Positions 1 through 11,933 of a DNA stretch of 59,807 nucleotides are shown here, one piece after another; position 1 is the first letter of the stretch, and each line of letters starts with the position of its first letter. The DNA is from Octopus sinensis (Eukaryota). The translations under genes and the position numbers were made by a program. Below the pieces are notes generated by a model. The model did no database searches. It saw only the letters and a program-made list of their open reading frames with translations, and had not been told where the DNA came from. The DNA lies in NCBI RefSeq assembly GCF_006345805.1, contig NW_021832543.1, forward strand, positions 1 to 59,807, written 5' to 3'.

Positions 1-138
1 AATGAAGAGTCCACCTCTCGATCTATCAAAAGCATGCTGGTGTGAGGATGGGGACAGAGGAGAGAGGAGTGGGTAGGTGTGTGTGTGGGAAGGGGGGCAG
101 GTGGGGGAGATGACGAACAACCCACTGATTAATTACTT

Positions 139-140
<2 letters not shown>

Positions 141-171
<31 letters not shown>

Positions 172-423
172 CATTCATAACAAGCAATGTTGAAGTCACA
201 CACACAAACACATGCATATCCACCACGTGTACTGATCTATATACATAAATGTGTGTATGTGTATGACTATATATATATATATATATATATACATACACAC
301 ATATGCATAAATACACACACACACACATTTGTACATTATTTCTGTGTAATTTCATGAACAAAATTAAGAGTATTTCAATATTTCAATACATTGTGTAGAG
401 TGGGTATATACATACATATATGC

Positions 424-466
<43 letters not shown>

Positions 467-490
467 ATATATATATACATACATACATAT

Positions 491-556
<66 letters not shown>

Positions 557-557
557 C

Positions 558-620
<63 letters not shown>
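141..620. repeat. Compound (CA)n/(TA)n/(TACA)n microsatellite tract
   Basis: Direct reading; it generates the YI/CV-repeat pseudo-ORFs at 137-672. Confidence 0.95.
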
Positions 621-623
<3 letters not shown>

Positions 624-830
624 TTTATTTTCACTTTATTTGTGGATTAACACTGCTACCCATCGCAGGTGATTAACCATCATTTTTAAGTGGATTGCTC
701 GAAAATTAAGGAAATTCTTTCCACATAAAACCATTCGTAGCACTGTTAATCCAGAAATAAAGAATATTTTATCCACCAAATGCAGTGTTGATCTCTCATT
801 CTCACTGTTCAATGCTATTGTGTATATACA

Positions 831-871
<41 letters not shown>

Positions 872-949
872 GCATACCCTTTTTGCAATCCAAACAGGAT
901 AAATGATACATCACTATCCAAGTTTGTATATTGCCATATTTCATTCCAT

Positions 950-1056
950 ATCAGCGATCTCTGATGAGTGCAGGGTTACATAATTAGATTGCTACCTAAC
1001 ACGCCATTTAAATCCCTAGCACGAAACTGATTTGTATGATTGGTCATAATGGATAT
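950..1056 (+). ncRNA. Hammerhead-ribozyme-like motif (type I), probably decayed
   Basis: CTGATGA at 961-967; stem II GTGC(968-971)/GCAC(1019-1022) extended by AGGG/CCCT; GAAAC at 1023-1027; wobble-rich stem III ending in GTC at 1043-1045; stem I pairs poorly. Confidence 0.35.
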
Positions 1057-1381
1057 CTAATACTGTACACTTCAGATAATATATATATATATATATATCG
1101 TAATATAGTTGATAAATAATACTATATTTCCATGAATTTGCAGTTTCCTACCATCTGGAGTATTCACCTGACGGAAGTTTGGTGAAACTTTTCTCATGAC
1201 GACAATCTTGACTTGTATTAAGCGGTTCTGTTTGGCATTAAACTTAGTCATGAAAATGTAGTAATATTTATTTCACATATTGTGTCTGTATGTCTGCATG
1301 AGTATAACAAGTGTGGGTCTTTTGTTTTTTTTGCATGTGAATATATACATACATTTTGTATATATGTGTGTATACACACAT

Positions 1382-1413
<32 letters not shown>

Positions 1414-1448
1414 TCGTGTATATATATATATATAATATATATATATAT

Positions 1449-1580
1449 ACAAAATTTAGAGGATTGACCACTAAAAGTGGACAGCCTGTATGCTAGATAT
1501 AGATGTCAAAATCGCTATTTTGACATTTATATCTAGCATACAGTCTGTCCACTTTTAGTGGTCAATCCTCTAAATTTTGT
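1449..1580. repeat. Near-perfect palindrome, 64-bp arms, 4-nt loop
   Basis: 1449-1512 is the reverse complement of 1517-1580 with 2 mismatches; loop CGCT. Confidence 0.95.
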
Positions 1581-2072
1581 TTGTAAAAAAATTTTTAATC
1601 GTCAGATTTTTTTAAATATGCTAGGCCACTGGTTTTAATTGATTAATATCAATTTCTACCCTTATTTAATTATATATATGTATGTATGTATATATATGTA
1701 TGTATATATTTATATGCACACATGCATATGGAAGAGTAATCAAGACAAATGAGTTAATAATAATTAAAGAGATAAAAAAAGTGATGTTTTATATTGTTAC
1801 TACTCTGAGTTTTCTGTTCCTGCTTTTTGTCAGGATAAACTCCTCTTTGATATTGGTGTTTATATAAGCATTATATTGTAACATTATGCATAATGATGTT
1901 GAAAAGGAGGAAGATAATACTTTGGGTAACAACAGTGTAAAATGTCAGAATCAGTTGCTGATATATACAATTTGTATTTCCACATACTGCTGAAGACACA
2001 TATCTATCTATATATATATCCCTACATTCATATATATATATATATAAGACCAAAAAGGGTACGGGCGCCACT

Positions 2073-2264
2073 ATATATATGTATATGTAGAAAAATACAA
2101 ACTGGGACAAGAACGCAAAACATTTAGAAGACGATACAAAAAACACGGACGGGACATTCGAAGCCTTCAATCTTCAGTCAAGAACCGGATCATCCTCGCA
2201 ATTTCGGCTGAAATTGTTTTGCGTTCTTGTCCCAGTTTGTATTTTTTTACATATACATATATAT
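2073..2264. repeat. Inverted repeat, 50-bp arms, 92-nt spacer
   Basis: ATATATATGTATATGTAGAAAAATACAAACTGGGACAAGAACGCAAAACA (2073-2122) vs reverse complement at 2215-2264, 1 mismatch. Confidence 0.9.
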
Positions 2265-2463
2265 ATATCGATGTAAAATTGTGTGTTTGTGTGCGCATAT
2301 CTGAATGTGTGTCTCAAGGCATACATATGTAAAAGATTGTGTGTGTCTGTGTATCCATGCACATATTGTAAATGCTTTTGAGACAGACATTTATATGCAA
2401 ATACACACATACATCTGCAAACATGGATACATTCACTGCTGCAATAGTCTTCTTTCATCATTG

Positions 2464-2658
2464 CCACAACCACCACCACAACCACACCACCACCACCACC
2501 ACCACCACAACCACAACCACCACCACCACCACAACACCACCACCACCACCACCACCACAACCACCACCACCACACCACCACCACCACCACCACCACAACA
2601 CCACCACCACCACCACCACAACCACCACCACAACCACCACCACCACCACAACCATCAT
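2464..2658. repeat. (CAC)n/(CAA) trinucleotide microsatellite
   Basis: Direct reading; source of the poly-H/T/P and poly-W/V/G pseudo-ORFs. Confidence 0.95.
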
Positions 2659-3018
2659 CCTACCCATTCCCTCTTTGTCTTCTCCTTCCTTATCTGCAAT
2701 ACCCTAACCCACCCCTCTCACCCTCTTAATTGTCTTCTTCTAGACTTTCTTCTCATGCGTCTATGTACACACACACACACACACAACACCATATATATAT
2801 ATATAATATATATATATAGAAGATATATATACATATATACACAATTTAGGTCAGTTGAAATATATTTGTCACATATTTCAACTCCTAAAGGCAAATACAC
2901 TGTGGTTATCGTGGAGAAAACATCTCTCTTAGGTGTGAAAATATCCCATTTGTTCAGTGTTGCCCTCTCTCGGGAATATAGACATACATATACAATATAC
3001 ATACATACATATACATAT

Positions 3019-3073
<55 letters not shown>

Positions 3074-3075
<2 letters not shown>

Positions 3076-3422
3076 AGTGGCTGTGTGGTAAGTAGCTTGC
3101 TAACCAACCACATGGTTCTGGGTTCAGTCCCACTGCATGGCATCTTGGGCAAGTGTCTTCTGCTATAGTGGATTTGGTAGACGGAAACTGAAAGAAGCCC
3201 GTCGTATATATGTATGTGTGTGTGTCTGTGTTTGTTCCCTTCGCATTGCTTGACAACCGATGCTGGTGTGTTTACGTCCCCGTCACTTAGCGGTTCGGCA
3301 AAAAGAGACCGATAGAAGTACTGGGCTTACAAAAGAATAAGTCCCAGGGTCGATTTGCTCGACTAAAGGCGGTGCTCCAGCATGGCCACAGTCAAATGAC
3401 TGAAACAAGTAAAAGAGTAAAA
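3074..3422 (+). mobile_element. Octopus-type tRNA-derived SINE, family A (small internal deletion)
   Basis: Head GGAGTGGCTGTGTGGTAAG...GGTTCAGTCCC (A/B-box-like); tail GGCGGTGCTCCAGCATGGCC...GAAACAAGTAAAAGAG; matches copies at 10397, 21241 and 46953. Confidence 0.85.
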
Positions 3423-3661
3423 TATAATGAACACACACACACACACACACACACACACTACTCTCCGCTCCCATCCACATTACTTTCTTCTCCCCCACCA
3501 CCACAGACCCTTCCCCTTCTCTTCAGGTTTATACTTTGCACCCTGCACTAGCCTACCATTCATCAAAACCATTTTTTTAATATTTTTCGTTGTTTTGTGT
3601 TTTACTAAAGATCCTTAGTTCCCTCACACATTCAACCACACATTTTAACTTCACCATTGAT

Positions 3662-3686
3662 TTATTATTATTATTATTATTATTAC

Positions 3687-3719
<33 letters not shown>

Positions 3720-3758
3720 CATTATTATTATTATTATTATTATCATTATTATCATTAT
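3662..3758. repeat. (ATT)n microsatellite
   Basis: Direct reading. Confidence 0.95.
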
Positions 3759-3962
3759 GGCAACGAGCTGGCAGAGTTGTTAGCATGCATAGCAGTATTT
3801 TGTCCGTTTTTACGTTCTGAGTTCAAATTCCACTGAGGTCAACTTTACCTTTCATCCTTTCGGGGTCAATAAATTAAGTACCAGTAAAGCACTGGGGTCT
3901 ATTCCCCTCCCCACAAATTTCAGGCTTTGTGCCTTTAGCAGAAAGAATTATTATTATTATCC
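3759..3962 (+). mobile_element. SINE-like dispersed repeat, family B
   Basis: GGCAACGAGCTGGCAGA...TTCTGAGTTCAAATTCC...CAAATTTCAGGC...ATTATT tail; more than 10 related copies in the window. Confidence 0.8.
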
Positions 3963-4488
3963 TTATTATTTCAGGCTATCAGACTTAACGTAGCATTTGA
4001 TCAAATGTGTAAGAGTTTTCTGTTTTTATTTTCCCCTCCCATATGCGTCCTGGGTTCATATCCTGCCATGGTTAATTTTCTTTCATTCTTCTGGAGTAGG
4101 GGTTGGGCTCACTAAAATATATACATCTGTATGTATGTGGGTATGTATGTAGGTATGAACTAATGAGGGAACCTTTTCTTAATAGCAATAGCAGCCAAAT
4201 CTCCCTCAAATCACCATCTGCTGTCTCGTTTATGTATTTATATATGTATAAGCCAACACTGGAACTTCTATATCAAATCAGATGCGTGGGAAAATACTTT
4301 GAATTAAATAGTCTGAGATTTTGCTAAAATCATAGATGAGATGGTCATAACTGGAGTGCTTTTGATCATTGGTCTGTTCAGCCATAGGCTAAATAACAAG
4401 AAAATCACTAAGGATGGCCTTTTTGGTTTTAAAAATATGAATGTCCTCAATGACAAGCTTCTCAACCTTTATATTTAAGTATTTCCCC

Positions 4489-4660
4489 TTTTATCTGTTG
4501 GGGTACTTCATCTTTTATCTGTTGGGGTACTTCATCTTTTATCTGTTGGGGTACTTCATCTTTTATCTGTTGGGGTACTTCATCTTTTATCTGTTGGGGT
4601 ACTTCATCTTTTATCTGTTGGGGTACTTCATCTTTTATCTATTGGGGTACTTCATCTTTT
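4489..4660. repeat. 24-bp minisatellite, 7 copies
   Basis: Unit TTTTATCTGTTGGGGTACTTCATC starting at 4489, 4513, 4537, 4561, 4585, 4609 and 4633; one substitution in the last unit. Confidence 0.95.
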
Positions 4661-4699
4661 GCTTAAGTCCTAAGGTACGTTGCCCCCTTTCACACTAGT

Positions 4700-4945
4700 A
4701 AGTACAATCCTGTGGGTCTCAAGACTCATGGGGCTAGTTATCCAGTTTCCATGGTGTATAAGTAACGAAGATACCGACGTTCCCTCTGAACAGGTCCTCT
4801 GTTCCTTGCTGCTCCCTTACAGCTGAGTGGATTGAAACAACAGAAACGAAGTGTTTTGCTCCAGAACATAAGACATCACGCTGCCCAGTCTGGGGATGCA
4901 AACCTCAATCTTGCGACTGCAAAGGCAACACCCTAACCCTAACCA
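4700..4945 (-). mobile_element. Degenerate tRNA-derived SINE, family C
   Basis: CCTTACAGCTGAGTGGATTGAAACAACAGAAACGAAGTGTTTTGCTC is the degenerate reverse complement of the central domain of the copy at 26089. Confidence 0.55.
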
Positions 4946-5289
4946 CTAAACCACAAACCCCATCCCATATATAATAGGAATTGATGTCTGTTATAAAGCA
5001 CATGTACCCCATGTCTTATCTGGGTTGGATGCCAAAACCCTTTACCCTTCAGTCGACTTTTCTTCTAAGTCCCCTTACCTGCTCCCAAATATTTTGCTTA
5101 ATCCTTCCCAAACTTAGGCAGTGACTTTTATTTCTGTGAAAGCTCTCTATCCTTTGTAGAACTTGCAGTAGTTGCCAACCCCAAAACCACCACCAGCACT
5201 TCAGTAGCCCTTCACTAGGATTAGGCGATCCCTCATAAAACCTCCTCTTTGCTCAAATTAAAGCAGCCCTCTCTGGCTTGGGTATATAC

Positions 5290-5505
5290 TATTTAAACCG
5301 GCCATATCCAACAAGAATAATCAACCTGTTTTATCTTCAAACCAACCAGATCAGACCTCTCACACTTACTCTGCAATATTATTCTAAAAATAAACAATCA
5401 CATTGTTGAAATCTTAAAGCTACAAGGTAATCCATGACTAATTCAGATCAATATGAATAAATAGGGATTACATTTGACAGGGTAATCTGAATGCTAAAGC
5501 CTTAA
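5290..5505. mobile_element. Short non-autonomous DNA-transposon-like repeat ending in TTAA (piggyBac-like MITE?)
   Basis: Right end AATCTGAATGCTAAAGCCTTAA; left end partial; recognised by resemblance only. Confidence 0.35.
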
Positions 5506-6122
5506 GTGGCTGCAACTCCTTTCACACCATTTCCAGCTTCGTCTAATCTCCATTTTCCAAGCCAGAGTAAGCGTGTTGATACAAATTGCTGTGAAAAGAA
5601 ACAGAAGCAAAATATTTACTACTGTAGTCCCAGATACCTAAAACTGGTGGAATGGTAATGACTGGAATCCCTTTAATTATAGGGTTTGCTAGATCAGAAA
5701 TGACCTCAGGTTAAACAACAAATGCCACGTGTCAGGGTTTAGGGGTCATTGATCTACTAAAAAAACCAAAAAAAAACAGTCAAATTTTCCTCTTAGTACA
5801 ATGATGACTTGGAGAAAGGAAGAGAGACGATAGATTGGGTACCTAGAATGACGAGGTGGTCACAGCTGGACTCTTTTTTGATTATAGGTCCTAACCCCAT
5901 CAGGGTTGATTAGGGTTAAACAACAATCCCTTTCCACTCTGAGCTGCATTTAAGGAGGGTAGTTCTTCTAGGATGATCCCATTAACCACCACTACCATCT
6001 CTTTTAAAAACTTGTTCTGCCCATAACCTTGCCCTCATAAACATCATAACATAAGCACCACACAAAAAGCATGTCTATATAATGTGTATGTATGCACATA
6101 TACGTATGTGTGTGTATATATA

Positions 6123-6202
6123 TATAAACAACTTATAAGTAAGGGCTAAAGAAAATTATTTAAAAATAATTTTCTTTAGCCCTTCTTTATAAGTTGTTTA
6201 TA
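6123..6202. repeat. Palindrome, 38-bp arms
   Basis: TATAAACAACTTATAAGTAAGGGCTAAAGAAAATTATT vs reverse complement at 6165-6202, 2 mismatches. Confidence 0.92.
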
Positions 6203-7049
6203 ATTTTAACCTTTAAAGGTTTTTTAAGATGCTGCCACATTTCTTGATGGAATTCTTTTCTGTAGAGAAAAAAACCTCATCCTATATTAGTACTATATAT
6301 ATATACATGTATGTATATATATGTGTGTGTGTGTGTGTGTATTTTGTGCACACATTTGTAGTATTCAGACATTTATGAATATATACGTACGCAATCATAT
6401 ACAGCATGTAATAAAGCAATATAGCATGCATTCATATTTTTATTCTACTCACACAAACATGCATATAGCATTATACACTCACATTATGATTCCCATAAAC
6501 ACACAGACCACACGCTGAAACTTGCATAAAACACCAACATAAATCCTACACACACTACATTTCAAGCCTATCTCTCTATCTAACAATCTATATTTTTTTA
6601 TCTCTCTATTTATTTGTCTTTGTATATATATATATATATATAACATAAACTTGGATATGTTTCGACCAATGATTGGTCCAGGCCATGTCTAACTTAATAG
6701 CACCACCTGATAGGATTATTTGAGTCCTGTTTAAGTCAAGTTTTGTTTATGGTCCAAACATATATATATATATATATGTGTATATATATACATATATATA
6801 TAACATACATTTATACCTCTTAATACTCTCACAGACACATAACATCTTCACATAATTTTCAACACACACACACACACACACACACATGAAATGAAATACA
6901 AACTTCTTCCCACCTCCTGCTCTACATTCCATCATGCTCTCTCCTAGCCACACATGATCACGCTTATACTATCACATCATCACACACACTACTCATTCCA
7001 CACACACACACACACACACACACATACATGTAATGTCTGTTTTAGTGCA

Positions 7050-7265
7050 GGCATAATTGTGATTATAAAGTTCGCTTTGTTACCACAAGGTCGCAAGTTC
7101 CATCCCAGTGCATGGTACCTTTGGCAAATGTCTCCTACTGTAGACTTAAACCAACAAGTACCGCATGGCCGGAATTGGTAAATGTTATCAGTATGGAAGC
7201 CTGTCATCTATGTAAATGTGTGTGTGTGTGTGTGTGTGGTACACATGTGTCTGTGTGACTGAAAG
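7050..7265 (+). mobile_element. Degenerate SINE family A copy
   Basis: CCTTTGGCAAATGTCTCCTACTGTAG...GGAAGCCTGTCATCTATG followed by (GT)n. Confidence 0.5.
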
Positions 7266-7799
7266 TCTGCAGTTCTTATGAAAGGTTTCAACTAATATAT
7301 GTATATAGAAATAAGAACAGTAATCCTTGGTTGGAATTTATTAATTAGTACAGCTCAGTTCAACCCCTAAAAACTGGTTCACCTGTCAGCATCATTGGAC
7401 TGTGGCCAGCAGAACGGAAGAGGAGTTTTACTGGCATATTTAAAATGTTTTCCATAAACAAATTTAAAAGATATATGTATGTATAAACCAATGATGTCTG
7501 TTGGCATTACTTGGCCAAAAAAAGAAGCAGAAATGAAAAAAATCGTCCTTTATAGCTGTGCACTTTCAAAGCTGAGTGAAATAAACAATTCTTTACTTGA
7601 AGAAACACTTTAGGGCTTAGTGACCAGAAGAGCCTCTGGCAGTAACACAATGAAATGATTGGACAGACACACACTGCTCACATACGCTTGCATACACACA
7701 CAAACTTGTACATACAATAACTTCTTAACACACACACACACACACTGATTAATATTTTATTACTATTTTAGTGTTGTTTCCCTCATTCTGCAATTCAAG

Positions 7800-7999
7800 T
7801 AATCTGTATCTTATATGTATATGCATGTATGTATATATACACACACATATAATCTATATACATATTTGTATGTATATATAAAATGTGTATGTACATATGT
7901 GTGTATAGAAATATATATATATACACACACATATAATCTATATACATAGTTGTATGTATATATAAAATGTGTATGTACATATGTGTGTATATATACGTG

Positions 8000-8033
<34 letters not shown>

Positions 8034-8157
8034 TATAATCTATATACATATTTGTGTATATATATACATTTACATATATGTGTGTATATATATATATGTG
8101 TATATATATGTGTGTGTGTATATATATATATATATAAACACACACACACACACACTT
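7800..8157. repeat. Compound TA/CA microsatellite with higher-order re-duplicated blocks
   Basis: CACACACATATAATCTATATACAT recurs at ~7840, ~7925 and ~8027. Confidence 0.85.
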
Positions 8158-8499
8158 TTGCCTAAACACTCTCTCTATATCCAATTATTTTGCCTCCACT
8201 TTTTGATATTTTCATTCTTTCTTAAAAACAGTAAAATGTCTTTGTTTTTTGTTTTTTGTTCCCCCTTCCTTTTTTGTTGTTTGTTTTTGTCATTATTGTT
8301 GTTGTTTGTTTTTGTTGTTTTTTTTAATAGTTGATCTTTTTTCTTGGGGTTTATATATATATTTTTTTGATATGTAAGAAATTATTTTTATTATCATTAT
8401 TATTATTATTATTATCATTATTATTATTATAAGAGTACCAGTGAAGTACTGAAATCCGTTTCAATCTGCTCTGTCTCTCTCTCTCTCTTCTCTCTTCTA

Positions 8500-9560
8500 C
8501 CCTGGCACTTCAAGAAACCTTGGCCTTGTATCAGTGTTAGGTTTCATTTGTTGTGAGTTCAAATCTCACCAATGCCAAGTTCCCACAAAATTTCAGGCCT
8601 TATGCCTATGGTAGAAACAATTATTATTATTATTATTATTATTATTATGGCAGCAAGCTGGTAGAACTGTTAACACCCTGGACAAAGTGCCTAGCGGTAT
8701 TTTGTTCATCTTTACATTCTGAGTTCAAATTCTGCCAAGGTCAATTTTGCCTTTCGTCCTTTCAGGTTTGATTAAATGAGGACCAGTTGAACACTAGGGG
8801 TCGATGTAATTGACTACCCCCTGCCTTCCCCAAAATTTCAGGTCTTGTGCTTATAGTAGAAAGGATTATTATTATTATTATTCTATAGGTAGTGGATTAG
8901 CAGAATCGTTGGAGCATTGGACAAAATGCTTTGTGCTATTTATTCCAGCTCTTTACATTCTGAGTTCAAATCCCAATAAGATCAAGTTTACCTTCTATTT
9001 CCCTTGGCTTGGTAAAACACCAGTTAAGTATAGGATTTGGTTTATTCCCCTAAACCCTTCCTTCCAAGTTTGTGGCTATCTTAGAAACAATGATTATCTT
9101 GGGAAAGCCCCAGACCAAATCAGTATTCATTTTTACTTTGCCCTCCATCCCCTATTTGCTGGGTTCAAATCTCACAGAAGTTAAAATTTCCCTTTCAGTC
9201 TTCCCTAGAAAGTTGACTGATTAAATACAAATAAGATACCAGTTATGTGCTGGGTCGATTTTCATAGAATCTATCCCTCTTTTTCTCCTCCTATTCCCTC
9301 TCTACACAATTGATGGCCTTTTCCCTTTATTCAAATCATTATCATTATTATAATTATTATTGGTGCGATAATTAAAATGCTCTTGGGGCATTTACTCATT
9401 TCCCGTTTCGTTCCAATTTGAAATCCTCTCGAAGCTGAATCTGCCTTTCTGAGGTCAATAAAATTAAGTACCAGTCATGTACTAGGGTCAATGGTATTGA
9501 TTAATCTGCCTCTCTAAATTTCAGGCCTTGTGCCCATGTTAGAGACTTATTATTATTATT
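8500..9560 (+). mobile_element. Cluster of four same-orientation, variably degenerate SINE family B copies
   Basis: Repeated GAGTTCAAAT...AATTTCAGGCCTT...ATTATT motifs at ~8500-8620, 8648-8880, 8890-9100 and 9360-9560. Confidence 0.7.
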
Positions 9561-9774
9561 ATTATCATTATTATTATTGCTGTTGTTATTCCTGGTTTAT
9601 CTTTTTATTTTCTTCATCTTTTTCCTTTTAAAACTTTATAAAAGATTTAGACACCAAAAGAAATGCTTTTGTTATTATTATTATTATTATTGAATTGTTT
9701 GCATTGATTGATAGAGACAGCAGTTACTACATCTGCAAAGACTTTAAAATTTCTTGTTTCTTTTTTTTTCAAGA

Positions 9775-10180
9775 ACTTTGTCAGAAGAGGGCGGGTAGAG
9801 AGCCTAGCATATCTCAAGGTTTCCAGGCCCAGCAGAAGGACGGAATGATGATACCTTCATAGCAGAGACCTAACCTGAGTGTTCTAAACCTAATCCTCAA
9901 AATGTAGCAAGGAATATCTCATTCCTGTTCAGCAAACGGTTCTCAGTCGTAGACATATCACAAGCTTTATAACCAGAACAACTTCCAGGTCAAGTGTAAT
10001 GGCTCAGATAGCATTGCTTCTCAGCTCTCATATCATAGTTGAAGTCTGCAACTTCAGAATCACACACACGTGTCCACTTTAAAGATCTCATCTCTTTAAG
10101 GTGGTCGGATATAGAGCAGGAGAAGAATGCTATGGGATTATGGGAAATATCTTCATCAGATACAATCAGTTTGTAGATTA
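9775..10180 (-). pseudogene. Highly decayed LINE endonuclease C-terminus/linker remnant (CR1-like?)
   Basis: One minus frame reads IYKLIVSDEDISHNPIAFFSCSISDHLKEMRSLKWTRVCDSEVADFNYD... with several stops; SDH resembles the terminal APE motif. Confidence 0.35.
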
Positions 10181-10396
10181 ATTTAGGTTAAAAGTTCCAC
10201 AAAATGTCAGGAATGCAAAAGAAAATGAAATGGAAAATATTGTTGTAGTTGTAATATATATTTTGCCATTATTTGTTTGGTCTTTACCACTGAAGAGGTG
10301 CCAAGAGAGCTTACACAAAGACACTAAAATAACAATAAAACTGAAGGGAAGACCAAATATATAGTGTGCGTGTTTAATTGGCAAAACATATGGCCA

Positions 10397-10798
10397 GGCG
10401 CAGGAGTGGCTGTGTGATAAGTAGCTTGCTTACCAACCACATGGTTCCGGGTTCAGTCCCACTGCGTGGCATCTTGGGCAAGTGTCTTCTGCTATAGCCT
10501 CGAGCCGACCAATACCTTGTGAATGGATTTAGTAGACGGAAACTGAAAGAAGCCCGTCATATGTATATATATAATATGCATGTGTGTGTTTGTGTATCTG
10601 TGTTTGTCCCCCTAGCATTGCTTGACAACTGATGCTGGTGTGTTTATGTCCCCGTTACTTAGCGGTTCGGCAAAAGAGATCGATAGAATAAGTACTGGGC
10701 TTACAAAAGAATAAGTCCCGGGGTCGAGCTGCTCGACTAAAGGCGGTGCTCCAGCATGGCCGCAGTCAAATGACTGAAACAAGTAAAAGAGTAAGAGT
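10397..10798 (+). mobile_element. Full-length SINE family A
   Basis: GGCGCAGGAGTGGCTGTGTG head, central domain, internal (GT)n and AAGTAAAAGAG tail. Confidence 0.9.
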
Positions 10799-11085
10799 AT
10801 CCCCCAAGTTTAACAATATCTGTTTCAAGACATGATTCCACATCAAGAATCTTGCCAAACAAATCCATAAACGTAAGAAATTGAAAGTGTTACTGCTACA
10901 AACGTAGAAGCAAATAACGATTTTGTGCTCAGATAATGATTTTATTAATGAACAAAAGATGTTGCAATAATTTCAAAGCAAAGTGTAAAAGGGTCAACTT
11001 ATTCCAGTTGTCCACAATGAAACTGAACAGAACTGTACTAGAAAGAAGCGTCCTTGATGTGAAAAAGAATAACTCCATAAAAAAT

Positions 11086-11933
11086 GTCACCTGATTGTCA
11101 AAGTGTCACCCGATTGGATGAGGAGGTGAAAGCTAGTCACCTGATAGTCAAAGTGTCACCCGATTGGATGAGGAGGCGAAAGCTAGTCACCTGATTGTCA
11201 AAGTGTCACCCGATTGGATGAGGAGGCGAAAGCCTGTCACCTGATAGTCAAAGTGTCACCCGATTGGATGAGGAGGCGAAAGCTAGTCACCTGATAGTCA
11301 AAGTGTCACCTGATTGGATGAGGAGACGAAAGCCTGTCACCTGATAGTCAAAGTGTCACCCGATTGGATGAGGAGGCGAAAGCTAGTCACCTGATAGTCA
11401 AAGTGTCACCCGATTGGATGAGGAGACGAAAGCTAGTCACCTGATAGTCAAAGTGTCACCCGATTGGATGAGGAGACGAAAGCTAGTCACCTGATAGTCA
11501 GTGTCACCCGATTGGATGAGGAGACGAAAGCCTGTCACCTGATAGTCAAAGTGTCACCCGATTGGATGAGGAGGCAAAAGCTAGTCACCTGATTGTCAAA
11601 GTGTCACCCGATTGGATGAGGAGACGAAAGCCTGTCACCTGATAGTCAAAGTGTCACCCGATTGGATGAGGAGGCAAAAGCTAGTCACCTGATTGTCAAA
11701 GTGTCACCCGATTGGATGAGGAGGCGAAAGCTAGTCACCTGACAGTCAAAGTGTCACCCGATTGGATGAGGAGGCGAAAGCTAGTCACCTGATAGTCAAA
11801 GTGTCACCCGATTGGATGAGGAGGCGAAAGCCTGTCACCTGATAGTCAAAGTGTCACCCGATTGGATGAGGAGGCAAAAGCTAGTCACCTGATTGTCAAA
11901 GTGTCACCCGATTGGATGAGGAGGCAAAAGCTA
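11086..11933. repeat. 50-bp tandem satellite, 17 copies
   Basis: Unit GTCACCTGATAGTCAAAGTGTCACCCGATTGGATGAGGAGGCGAAAGCTA; period 50 (CGATTGGATG at 11161 and 11211); one 2-bp deletion near 11500. Confidence 0.95.

Noticed and set aside
1170-1215. CTGACGG...GAAAC hammerhead-like order
   Set aside because: A9 is absent and no stem III/NUH arrangement forms
4929-4945. Telomere-like CCCTAA units (also 16983-16992)
   Set aside because: Only one or two units; not an interstitial telomeric array
6640-6695. Minus-strand GACC...GGTC-GAAAC hairpin
   Set aside because: The CUGANGA core is deleted and stem I cannot form
11161-11200. Hammerhead in the 50-bp unit (GGATGA-GGAGGC-GAAA-GCTA-GTC)
   Set aside because: C3 and U4 are missing, there is no 15.2-16.2 pair and no stem I
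11086-11933. CRISPR array
   Set aside because: Units are contiguous near-identical repeats with no unique spacers; no cas genes; eukaryotic context
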